Shown piece by piece: positions 19,531 to 29,641 of a stretch of 64,000 nucleotides of DNA. Source of the DNA: a virus (lineage: Duplodnaviria; Caudoviricetes); IMG/VR virus record IMGVR_UViG_3300014204_000130, positions 32,001 through 96,000 of that record; one strand, written 5' to 3'. Position numbers and translations under genes: made by a program. The number at the start of each line of letters is the position of its first letter. Within the stretch, counting starts at the first letter, position 1. Below the pieces are notes generated by a model. The model was not told the DNA's origin, ran no database searches, and was given only the letters and a program-made list of their open reading frames with translations.

Positions 19531-19645
19531 TCCTCTCCCATGCATCCACGATCTTGTGGAAGGAATGCATTCACGTCGAGTCGTGACATGGGAATTGCAA
19601 ATTCTGTCTTTTGTTGGACAGAAAATTAAACGTAGGAGAATCTAT

Positions 19646-19840
19646 ATGGAAAATTTTGACATTCATTTCAACGGTTCTGTTCGGCCTACAATTTCCGACT
19701 TCGAATGGAAGCGGAAAAAACAGGAACGGGAATTCAACTTCAAAACCAAACGGAATGACGACAAGAGGAACAAGCCTCTCCGGAACGTCGGATTCCGTGC
19801 TCTCTTCACGTATGCAACGGAGGAATCCGACAATGAATAA
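19646..19840 (+). CDS. Small basic hypothetical protein
   Basis: Palindrome + AAAATTAAA + AGGAG leader before ATG 19646. Confidence 0.55.
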   Translation: MENFDIHFNGSVRPTISDFEWKRKKQEREFNFKTKRNDDKRNKPLRNVGFRALFTYATEESDNE

Positions 19841-20486
19841 TCATAAAATTCTTCAAAAACTCCATGCGTGTTCGGAAGCCGTAAAATGGGCTTCACAGTT
19901 TCCCACGTTACAAGAGGCATGGAAATCATGTCCTCGCGGGGATTGGATGTTGTGGGTAGCGTCCAAATTAAAAATTGACCAACGAGCACTATTCCTCGCA
20001 AGAGGACAATGTGCAAACACTGTCCGGCATCTCATGAAAGATGCCAGAAATATCGCGGCGGTGGATGCAACCATCGCCTTCGGCAAAGGGGAAATCCCAG
20101 AGATTCCAAAAGATGTCATTGCAGCAGCATATGCTGCTGCTGCTGATGATGCTTCTGCTTATGCTTCTGCTTATGCTTCTGCTGCTGCTTATGCTGCTGC
20201 TGTTGCTGCTGATGATGCTTCTGCTTATGCTTATGCTTCTGCTGCTGCTGATGCTGCTGCTTATGCTGCTGCTTATGCTGCTTCTGCTTATGCTTCTGCT
20301 TATGCTTCTGCTGCTGCTTATGCTGCTGCTGTTGCTGCTGATGATGCTGCTGATGCTGATGCTGCTTATGCTGCTGCTTATGCTGCAAGAAGCGAAAATA
20401 GACAGAAAACCGCAAATATCTGTCGGGAAATTCTAACCGATGAGGTATTCTCAAAGTTGAAAAAATTGGAGGATTCCGACGAATGA
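19833..20486 (+). CDS. Phage protein with Ala-rich (AAAY/ADD) repeat tract
   Basis: LHACSEAVKW...AWKSCPRGDWMLW N-terminus; GGAGG RBS. Confidence 0.75.
   Translation: MNNHKILQKLHACSEAVKWASQFPTLQEAWKSCPRGDWMLWVASKLKIDQRALFLARGQCANTVRHLMKDARNIAAVDATIAFGKGEIPEIPKDVIAAAYAAAADDASAYASAYASAAAYAAAVAADDASAYAYASAAADAAAYAAAYAASAYASAYASAAAYAAAVAADDAADADAAYAAAYAARSENRQKTANICREILTDEVFSKLKKLEDSDE
20121..20388 (+). repeat. GCT-based trinucleotide low-complexity tract with an internal ~69-nt duplication
   Basis: GCT/TAT/TCT/GAT codons; duplicated block at ~20151 and ~20280. Confidence 0.85.
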
Positions 20487-20898
20487 CTAAGGAATACCTC
20501 GGCGATTCGGTCTACATCGAGTTCTGTGACCATGAACAAATGGTCACAATCACGACGGAAAATGGATTGATTTCTCCAAGCAACACCATTTTCATGGACA
20601 TGGAGACGCTTGCAAAGTTGGTTAAATTTGCAATTGATAACAAGTTGGTTTGAGGATTGAACATGCAATTGGAAAAAGAAGTCGATCAAACATTCAAAGT
20701 GGGCGATTACAACCCCACCATGGAACAACGGATTGCACTTCGAAAGAAGTTCGACCAGAACAATTCCGGATTCCATACATTCCACGAATTTGCATCATCT
20801 TCTCAGGTGATGTATGGATCTACTCTGGCTGTAAGATGGGGAAAAATGGTTCTAGTAATTGAACCAGATGGTCACTGTCATTCATAAAATCATTTCAA

Positions 20899-20927
20899 TT
20901 GACAATGGGACTTGCATAGTTTAATAT
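20899..20927 (+). promoter_or_regulatory. sigma70-type promoter
   Basis: TTGACA-N17-TAATAT. Confidence 0.7.
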
Positions 20928-21279
20928 CTGATGTCCTGTTGCAATAAAATCAAATCAAAGGAGTTATGTATGATTATCAAACTCTGGGCGGTTAATCCGC
21001 CAATTTCTGAAAAGAAAGAGCGTTCTCTCATGATGAAATGTATTCGGGAGAAGAAAATCCCGACCAATCCACATCCCACAAAGAAACGTTCTCTGGGATA
21101 TGGAGATTTAACGATTAACCTCGACAAAAACACAATGAAACTCAACCATCTCGGGATTGTGGATGGATTTGTTCTACAATATTCCCGGAAGGTTGGGGAA
21201 TTCATCGCCGCTTAAATTTCTGAAACTCTGTCCAGAAATGGACAAAAATTAATGCCGAAAGGCAGAAAGGTTACACAAT

Positions 21280-21885
21280 ATGACTACTCCAGTTGCTAAG
21301 AAGACCATTGGATCTAAGGTTGCTGCTCCCGCCAAGACCGTTGTTGCTCCAGTTGCAATGGCATCTGCTACTAAGCAATGCCCTCCGAATCCTCCACTTA
21401 ACGCAACCCCGGTGAAGCCCGTTCTTCAAGCGGCAACCGTTCTTTCCTCCGTTCTTGAAAAGAAGCGCGGTGGTGGGTTGACCAAGGAAGCCAAAGCCAA
21501 GAAGGAAGCCGAAAAGACGGCCAAGCTCAAGATCATTCGGGGAAAACTGGTCGCCTCACTCCTTGCCGATTCCACTCTTCTGGCTGACCCGTCGGAAATG
21601 GCAGCCGCAATGATCTCACTAGAGGATAAGGTTGTCCTCCAATACGACCTCGAAAACCCTTCCGGTCGTGTCAAATCCGACGGCCATGATGGACGCGGCT
21701 ATACCCCACAAGAAGTGGCTCAGGTTGCCGTCTTTTCTTGGACGCAGAAGTATGGTAAGAACATGACAGAGGAACAGGTAATGGATGCTTGGAAATTCGC
21801 CATGTGTAACCCGAAGGCTCCTCGTGCAAAGACCAAGAGCGTGAAGCCTACGACTCCCCCGGCGATTGCTGAAATTCCAGAATAA
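21280..21885 (+). CDS. Basic Ala/Lys/Pro-rich hypothetical protein
   Basis: PVAKK...AAPAK N-terminus and AKAKKEAEK; preceded by the palindrome leader. Confidence 0.65.
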   Translation: MTTPVAKKTIGSKVAAPAKTVVAPVAMASATKQCPPNPPLNATPVKPVLQAATVLSSVLEKKRGGGLTKEAKAKKEAEKTAKLKIIRGKLVASLLADSTLLADPSEMAAAMISLEDKVVLQYDLENPSGRVKSDGHDGRGYTPQEVAQVAVFSWTQKYGKNMTEEQVMDAWKFAMCNPKAPRAKTKSVKPTTPPAIAEIPE

Positions 21886-22899
21886 ATATTCAATTTGGTT
21901 TCACACGGGCATTGTGCTTACATAGACAATGCCCGTTCTTTTACAACGGAGAAATATTATGTATATTGGAATGCATCCAGATAGTGAGCAGTTTATCAGA
22001 TTGCAAAACAAGAACAGATTTAATATTGAAAAACTTCAAGAGGTTGATCTTGAAGAACTTGGACATGTTAAAGTCCAGATACTTTTGGACATCGTAGAGG
22101 ATGAATATGAATGTCCGAAGTGCGAACGGCATGACAAAGATCTTGAGAATTGGAAGGAACAGATTCACGAGATGATTTCAGAGATGTATGCCCTCGTGAA
22201 CTCTGTCCGGGAAAACATGACAGATGATATTACTCCCGAAGAACGCAAAAAGTATTTCGAAGAACATTGCAAGAAATTACAAAAAGCATACTCCGATTGC
22301 ACATTCATCGGAGACGATTTCAATTTCGCAGAATAATCTGTCCAATATTGGACAGAAATTAAATACAGGAGCATTCATTATGCGACAAGCACAATTCGAT
22401 TCAACCGACTTCGACCTTCTTTCAGAACTCGTGAAGCCTCAACACTTCACGAACATCCCACCAATCATCCTTCACCGGTGGGTTGTGTGTTCTCAGTGTA
22501 AGCGAGACATCGACCGTTCCAAGGATACGGTCATCGTAACTGGTGGCAAAACTATCTGCCACAATTGCTATTTGTAAAAAAGGAATTGAATATGAAACCT
22601 CAAACAATCATTCTTCCAATCTTCGAGATAGTCGTTGAAATATTTCCCGGAGGATGTGCAACCATCACTTCCAATTTGAAGAAGGGATATGGTTCAAAGT
22701 CGAACTACGATCCTCCAATCAATGTTGCAATTGATGTAGTTGAAAGTTTGATTCTTGCCCATGCATGTGCTGGAATTGATATCACAGATCGAAGGTATCA
22801 AGAAGGAATCAAAACAACGGTTGAGAAGATTGTAAACGTTTATTCTTAAACAACTTCGTCTTTTTAATAGACGAAAATTAAACCATAGGAGATTTCCAA

Positions 22900-24039
22900 A
22901 TGAGCATTCAACAAAAGTTTTCTGACAATGTGAAACAACATCGCGGTATTCTCAAACATCTTCTCATCGAACGGGAAGAGATCATAGACGCATTACATAT
23001 CGCACTTCTTTCCCGAAAGAACGTATATCTCATCGGTCCCGGTGGTGAAGGCAAAACAAAAATTGCAAAAGACTTTTCCAAGTTGTGTTCCATGAAATTC
23101 TTTGATCAGCAATTCCATTCATTCACGAAGGTGGACGATTGGGAAGGAATCGTTGATCTTAATGAATTCAAACAAGGAAGACTCATTCGTAAAGTTGCCA
23201 ATTTCGCTCCCGGTGCGGATATCCTTCTTGCCGATGAAATTGGACGTGGTGGAGCTGTCCTATCTTGCATGTATCGATTGCTTAATGAAGGCACTTACAT
23301 GGAAGATGGAGTAATGAAACAAGCTCCAGTTGAATTGGTATTCGCCGGTTCCAATTCCATGTTACCGACTGAGCATGATGCACTGTTCGATAGGTTTCCA
23401 TTCTTCTTCGAATGCAAAAAGGTTTCCAATGAAAACTTATTGGAAATCTTGATGGATGATGATAAAGAAGTCATCCTTCCAGAGAATGAAAAGATTACAA
23501 AGGTAATGGTGCATGAAGCACGATTGGAAATGTTGAAGGTAAAACTTTCAAAAGACATTGCAATGATGATTGTGGATATCAATGCAAAATTGGAAGAAGA
23601 AGGTATCCACATCTCCACTCGACTCAATCGTTGGAGTCGAACCATCCTCCAGTCTTCTGCATATTGCGAAGGAAGACAAGAAGTAATCGATGAAGATGTA
23701 TGGGTTCTTCGCAACGTATACGCCAGAACACTCAAACAGAAACCCATTGTCGCAAAGATATTGAGATCGATATGCAATCAGGAACTCGACTTGATGTTGC
23801 TCACCTTCGACCAGTTGGATGCGTATTTCAACAAATGGGAACAGAATGCATGTCCTAGAATGTTGGATGGTGGTGATTGCGCAGAGAGCGCGAAGGAATT
23901 GCTGAAGGCGATTGAATCGGTAAAGCCGAAGGATATCAACAAGGCAGAACATTCAAGGCTTGTCCTGCAAGGGAAGGCCAAGGTTGCCGCGATCTCCGCA
24001 TCGGCATTGGCGAAACGTCGGCAGGGCGTGAAGGAATAG
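22900..24039 (+). CDS. MoxR/RavA-family AAA+ ATPase
   Basis: GPGGEGKT Walker A, LLADEIGR Walker B, AGSN sensor, ALFDRF. Confidence 0.88.
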   Translation: MSIQQKFSDNVKQHRGILKHLLIEREEIIDALHIALLSRKNVYLIGPGGEGKTKIAKDFSKLCSMKFFDQQFHSFTKVDDWEGIVDLNEFKQGRLIRKVANFAPGADILLADEIGRGGAVLSCMYRLLNEGTYMEDGVMKQAPVELVFAGSNSMLPTEHDALFDRFPFFFECKKVSNENLLEILMDDDKEVILPENEKITKVMVHEARLEMLKVKLSKDIAMMIVDINAKLEEEGIHISTRLNRWSRTILQSSAYCEGRQEVIDEDVWVLRNVYARTLKQKPIVAKILRSICNQELDLMLLTFDQLDAYFNKWEQNACPRMLDGGDCAESAKELLKAIESVKPKDINKAEHSRLVLQGKAKVAAISASALAKRRQGVKE

Positions 24040-24137
24040 CCACTCGCGCCGCCAGACAAAGGGGAACACACATCGGGAACCCGGCGTCCAATATTGGACG
24101 CCAAATTAACATCCCTTAAATGGGAAGGAGTATTACC

Positions 24138-25082
24138 ATGAAGAAACTCAATCCAGTTGAACGGCCTAACCGAACCGTATTCTCTGCAACCAACAAGGCC
24201 GGGAAGTCCTTTGATATCATCGCATATCAAATCGTATTCGGGTTCTCAATCAAGTCGCTCGACATGCAAGTCCTTCACGATGAATGGACGCGGCTTGGAT
24301 TTGATCCCAAATATATGGGAAAAGTTACGAAGGATGGTGTAATCAAACGCGCCATTGCCGAAACTGTACAGGATCTCCGGAATTCCAATTACACATACAA
24401 AAAGATTGGAGATGAGAATTCCGATGTTGTTGTCTACAAAATCTTCAAGATGGAGTGTGAATCCATCAATGGAAAACTTGATGGTGAGATGAAACCATAT
24501 GCTCACATCACATATCGAAAACAATCGGAGATGATTGAAATCGATAATCCAGAAATCGAATCCATGTTGAATACACATTACAAATTCTTCACCTTGAACT
24601 ACATGAATCTCGATTACACACGTTATACCAAGACCATGATTGAACGGGAATCTGTATGTCTTTCACTTCGGCCTCAAGGTGGCGTCTACATTGTCCCGGC
24701 GAAGGACAAAGACATGGTTTACAAACTCAAAGAATTGTTCAATCGGGTTGATCCTGATGGTGACTTTCATATCACCGAAATTCCAGATCTCGATGGTGCC
24801 AAGGAGTCCATTGCATCGGCATATCAACCGGTGATGCAAGACATGTGTGCAAAACTGGAAGAGAAGATCACGGAATTGGAATCCAAGGGAAAGCAACTTT
24901 CGTCCAAGAAGCGGCAAGAGTTGTTCGACGAGGTTTGTTTCCTTGGAAAAGATATCGAACTCATGATGGACGTGTCCGAATACGATTTATCCAGCGGTAA
25001 GGATATGTTGATCAAGGTGAACGAACATATCATGAACTTTACTCCAATTGCAAAGGATGAAACTGAAAACAAGGAGGACTAA
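24138..25082 (+). CDS. Hypothetical protein between AAA and vWA genes (DUF6744-like)
   Basis: LRPQGGVYIVP motif; position in the trio. Confidence 0.5.
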   Translation: MKKLNPVERPNRTVFSATNKAGKSFDIIAYQIVFGFSIKSLDMQVLHDEWTRLGFDPKYMGKVTKDGVIKRAIAETVQDLRNSNYTYKKIGDENSDVVVYKIFKMECESINGKLDGEMKPYAHITYRKQSEMIEIDNPEIESMLNTHYKFFTLNYMNLDYTRYTKTMIERESVCLSLRPQGGVYIVPAKDKDMVYKLKELFNRVDPDGDFHITEIPDLDGAKESIASAYQPVMQDMCAKLEEKITELESKGKQLSSKKRQELFDEVCFLGKDIELMMDVSEYDLSSGKDMLIKVNEHIMNFTPIAKDETENKED

Positions 25083-25083
25083 C

Positions 25084-26328
25084 ATGTCCATCGTCGAAAA
25101 GAATCCATACGCTGACTTTAAGTATGGGCAGTGTGTCCGTAATGATCGTCCATTCCAAGACAAGATCATGTGGGAGGAGAAATATGATAAAGGTTTCTCC
25201 GAAGACTGCAATGATCTGTTCCAAAGTTTGTATCAGAAAGACGTGAAATTTAATGGAGAAGGAAGAATTAAAACTCTTCTGGATTCCATTAAAGACAGCA
25301 ACGACTTCAAGCAATTGAAGGAACGCACAAAAGGGAATCATGTCCTTGCATATATCGCCATGAAGGACATGATTCCCCAACTGCAACAGATTGCAAAGGA
25401 ACTTCCGAAGGACAACAAACCGCAAGACCAAAAGTCCAAGGATCGTATCCGACAGGGTATGCGGCTTGCAGTTCAAGAAGCCGCAGATACCGTAGAGGAA
25501 GCCGAGGGTATGATCGATGTTCTCGGTATCGGTAAAGAGGGTGGAATTACTACCGATGAAGACGTTGGATCTGCAATTGAATCAGCCAATCGTTTCGCCA
25601 ACGATGAAGTGTTCAAAAGAATCATGGAAATGGCGGGACGGTTCGAACGTCAGGCAGATAGCCAGATTAAAACCAATTGCAGTCACGGACTGGACGAATT
25701 GGTAGGAATCGATAGTTCAGACGACATCGCAAATGTTCTCCCGGAAGAATTGGCCGATGACGATCTATTCAATTTGAACTTTGTCGAATCCAAGTTGCAA
25801 GTGAATAAGTTCCGGGGTAAAGAACCCAAAGAGAAAGGAGCCAAGATTGTTTGTATTGATCGATCCGGAAGTATGGATGGATGGAGATATGAATTCTCCA
25901 GTGCAATCTTGTTTGCAATGTATCTGGTTGCCAAACAAGATGAACTTCCAATGTTCGTGAATCTCTTCGATGTAAATGTTATCTCTCGTGAAATCAAATC
26001 CACGAAGGATATCATGTGGATCATGGGGAAATATATGGGTGGTGGAACCGACTTCAATCTTCCACTCACCCGGTCATTCGAACAAATAGAATCCAATCCC
26101 GAATTCGAGAAAGCCGATATCGTATTCATCACAGATGGATTCGATACACTTTCCGAAGATGTTATGAACAAAATTCAATCAACGAAGAAACGAATTTCAT
26201 TGAAGATCATTTCATTGTTGATTGGACGTGGAAGCACAGAAACATTGAAAGGATTCTCCGACAAAGTATTCCAATGTTGGAACGAAGCAAGCAGTAAAGA
26301 ATTTTGCGAGGAGGTATTCACGGTATGA
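25084..26328 (+). CDS. ViaA-like vWA-domain protein
   Basis: CIDRSGSM, GGGTDF and VFITDG MIDAS elements. Confidence 0.88.
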   Translation: MSIVEKNPYADFKYGQCVRNDRPFQDKIMWEEKYDKGFSEDCNDLFQSLYQKDVKFNGEGRIKTLLDSIKDSNDFKQLKERTKGNHVLAYIAMKDMIPQLQQIAKELPKDNKPQDQKSKDRIRQGMRLAVQEAADTVEEAEGMIDVLGIGKEGGITTDEDVGSAIESANRFANDEVFKRIMEMAGRFERQADSQIKTNCSHGLDELVGIDSSDDIANVLPEELADDDLFNLNFVESKLQVNKFRGKEPKEKGAKIVCIDRSGSMDGWRYEFSSAILFAMYLVAKQDELPMFVNLFDVNVISREIKSTKDIMWIMGKYMGGGTDFNLPLTRSFEQIESNPEFEKADIVFITDGFDTLSEDVMNKIQSTKKRISLKIISLLIGRGSTETLKGFSDKVFQCWNEASSKEFCEEVFTV

Positions 26329-28030
26329 GATTTGTATTTCGAGGAACTAATAAACAAGATGGTTTCATTGTTGGGTGTGTTGCAACTGCCGAATTGGAAA
26401 AGTTCAAATCCAATACGGTCTATGAAATGGTATTGGTAATGGATACATGGGTTCTAAAAGAACTCGGACCTTCTCATATTCCAATGACCAAGAAAGACAT
26501 TACACCAGAAACATCCGAAGTAGCATGGTCAAATGGTGCGGCAATGGTTGTTAAATGCAATTTCGCAGATGTAGTTCTTACCAAGGAAGAATACAACAAA
26601 TTTCAAAAGGAGAATGCCAATGGATAACAAACCGATGACAAGTAAAGAGATGGCAACCAAATATCAAATCAATATGGGAGACTGTCCATTGTGTGGTTCG
26701 GAAGATGGTATCGTTGTTGAAGATAGAGATTATGCACATTGTATTGTATATGAGAACTGTCACTGTTCTTATTGCAGAAAACAATTCACATTCAAATATG
26801 AACTGACAGAGATCATCAATGAAGATACGGAGGTTTCAAATGGGTAGAGGAAATACATTACCAAACATTCCACGGGATGCAAATGGCGAATTCGTCCTAA
26901 AGTATGAGATGTTCTACGTCAACCCTTCATACAATGAAGAAGGTGAGATTACTGATGATGACGATGAACAATTCCATTCCGATCTGGATTCCATTCTTCC
27001 TAAGTCATTCGATAAGCCATCCACTCGATTATATAATCCCGGTGGATATGGACAGGATGAATTGATATACGCTTACAATACAATGGTTCAAGTATGCTTC
27101 AAGGACAATGAGCGTTCTCTCGCCGTTATCATTCGGGAAATCCAAGACAACGATAGACCCGAAAGAAACTTTGCACCAAAATATATCGGATATCTATACA
27201 AGAAACTCGCACTTGGTCTTCTTGATATGGGATATGAACTGTCCGTTCGTGATGGTGCATGGTGTTCGAAGAAACTTACAAAGGAGATGCTCTAATGTAT
27301 AAATACTATTACAAATACATTCCCGGAGTTGAAAAGGGATTTGAGAATCAATCATATGGAAGACAACTTGATTCTTTGAAAGCAATTCAATACTATAAAA
27401 CGACCGCCATTAGTATATGGATCTCATGCAAACGAAGATCATTCAATACAGCTCTCAAAGAATTCAAAGATCTGTATCGTCCAACAAGTTATTTCGTTAA
27501 ATATAGAATTCCAGATGAATTCTATTCCGATGATTGCGTTGAAGTATTTTATAAAAAAGGAGATTAAATATGGCTGAGAAAGTATTTACATCAGAACAGA
27601 GGGCCGTTAAATATCGAACTAACATGGGTGACTGTCCGGAGTGCGGGTCTTCCGCTGGATTGGAAGATCTCAAGTGCATGTTTGGATTTGTAATCACGTA
27701 TCGCAAGATGAAATGTAATGCTTGCGGTAAGATCTTCCGGATGCAGTATTTCCTGGAATCTATGGCAGCTTACGATAAGGATGATAATGAATTATGAATA
27801 TTCGAACGTTTCGCATTATTGGACCATCTGGCAAATCTTTCATTAGACATGGAGTGAGTGTGGTTGATGTATTGGCGAAGACATACACAGCATACAATCC
27901 ATTATTGTTCTGTCGTATGTCGAGTCCGGGAAGATACTTGTTCCGAGGATTGAAAGGCCATAAAATCTACAACTTCTACGTTCAAGTTATTTCAAATTAA
28001 ATCAATGGTGAGCGCAAACGAAAATTCTTA

Positions 28031-28059
28031 TTGACATTCTTAAAATTCTCTGGTAATAT
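28031..28059 (+). promoter_or_regulatory. sigma70-type promoter
   Basis: TTGACA-N17-TAATAT; flanked by a repeated AAATTAAATCAATGG. Confidence 0.7.
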
Positions 28060-28835
28060 CTACACGTAAGCTATCTCTACCATTACGGTTGAGAAATTAA
28101 ATCAATGGAGATCACATATGAAAATTTCAACAGCAGTAAATCATCAGCGTCGATTCATCCAGCGGGTTCGTGATGTCTACTCTCATGCAAACATCTGTAT
28201 GTGGAGTCATGAAGAATTGATCAAACACACACTCGAAATCAAGACATCCCCAGAATTCAAACGATGTCCTCGACATGTCACAGAATATGTCCGGGGATAT
28301 GAGATGGCATTGTATGATCAGCTTTGGAATAAGATGGTTTCCTGTTTCATATCATTGGAAAGCGGAACCATCTACTTCGGGAAGTATCCTGAAAGTCCGT
28401 CCAAGATTACATTCCTTGGACATGCATGGCCGGGATTGAAATCCCCCGATCTCAAATTCTATACCAAACGTCCCGATGATGAAATTACACAAGAAAGATT
28501 AGACAGAGGAAAATTCAAATGAATATTAAACGTCCAAATTTATTACGTGACGCTCTACATAATACACATACGATGTCTGGTGCTTCCATCGACTATGGGA
28601 GAGGATGTGTAGTATCTGCGGTTGCAACTCTTATGTCGATTGGTGAAACATTCGACAATGCATGGAAGACAGTTCAATCATGTCTACCCGTTGGATATCG
28701 AATTGAATGCATTCCAGAAACATGGAAGATTGAGAAATGAGACACGTTTACAATTCAAAATGGGAACGACAATCGTAACGCGCATTAAAATCTGTCCAAT
28801 CTTGGACAAAAATTAAAATACAAGGAGAATTACAA

Positions 28836-29201
28836 ATGGACTTTTCAAAATTGAGTGAAACTCGTGGAATCATTCTTTCTCGGCTTGAACTGATCGATGA
28901 TCTGATTACTGTTCCGTCAGGATTTACACAGAGTATCCGAATCGGATATACCAAGGATGATCAACCGACATTCATATCTCTTTCAGCCAAACACGGTCTT
29001 GCATATGCAATCGATGAAGGATATGAAAATAAATATCTTCAATTGAATGAAATACCGAAACATCTTCGCCGTCTTGCACTTAATGAAACAATCAATCTTT
29101 TGAAGTCTCTTGAAATTTGGATTTCAAAAGAAACAGACTTGAATATGCAATCAATCCTCAATGCCGACGAATACATTAAATCTTTGAAGAAAGGACAATA
29201 A
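28836..29201 (+). CDS. Hypothetical protein, paralog A
   Basis: MDFSKL..TRG.ILSRLELID...ADEYIKSL shared with ORF 29265. Confidence 0.75.
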   Translation: MDFSKLSETRGIILSRLELIDDLITVPSGFTQSIRIGYTKDDQPTFISLSAKHGLAYAIDEGYENKYLQLNEIPKHLRRLALNETINLLKSLEIWISKETDLNMQSILNADEYIKSLKKGQ

Positions 29202-29264
29202 GAACACACGTCGGAACCAAAGGTCCAATATTGGACAAATATTAAAAATATAAGGAGAATTTAT

Positions 29265-29639
29265 ATGGACTTTTCAAACTTGCATAAAACTCGTGGAACT
29301 ATTCTTTCTCGTCTTGAACTCATTGATCAATTTCTTACGGTTCCAACTGGATTTTCAAAACATATCAAACTTGGATATGTCAATGAAGATGGATGGGATA
29401 TGTTTATCTCCGTGACATCCAAATATGGACTTGCTTTGGCTATTGACAATCAATCTGATACATATGAATATCAAAAATTAAAATATATTCCAATGCATAT
29501 CAGAAGAATTGCTCTTGAGAAAACCCTCGAAATTCTCAAAGATCTCGAAAAGTGGTATACGACACAAACCGAATTGAATGTTAAAAGTATTCTCGATGCA
29601 GATGAATACATTAAATCCTTACTGAAGAAAGGAAATTAA
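29265..29639 (+). CDS. Hypothetical protein, paralog B
   Basis: Tandem duplicate of ORF 28836, including its leader. Confidence 0.75.
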   Translation: MDFSNLHKTRGTILSRLELIDQFLTVPTGFSKHIKLGYVNEDGWDMFISVTSKYGLALAIDNQSDTYEYQKLKYIPMHIRRIALEKTLEILKDLEKWYTTQTELNVKSILDADEYIKSLLKKGN

Positions 29640-29641
29640 AT

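Noticed and set aside
20041-20454. Poly-Leu/Met (+) and poly-Gln/His (-) ORFs
   Set aside because: Alternative frames of the GCT repeat in the Ala-rich gene; no RBS
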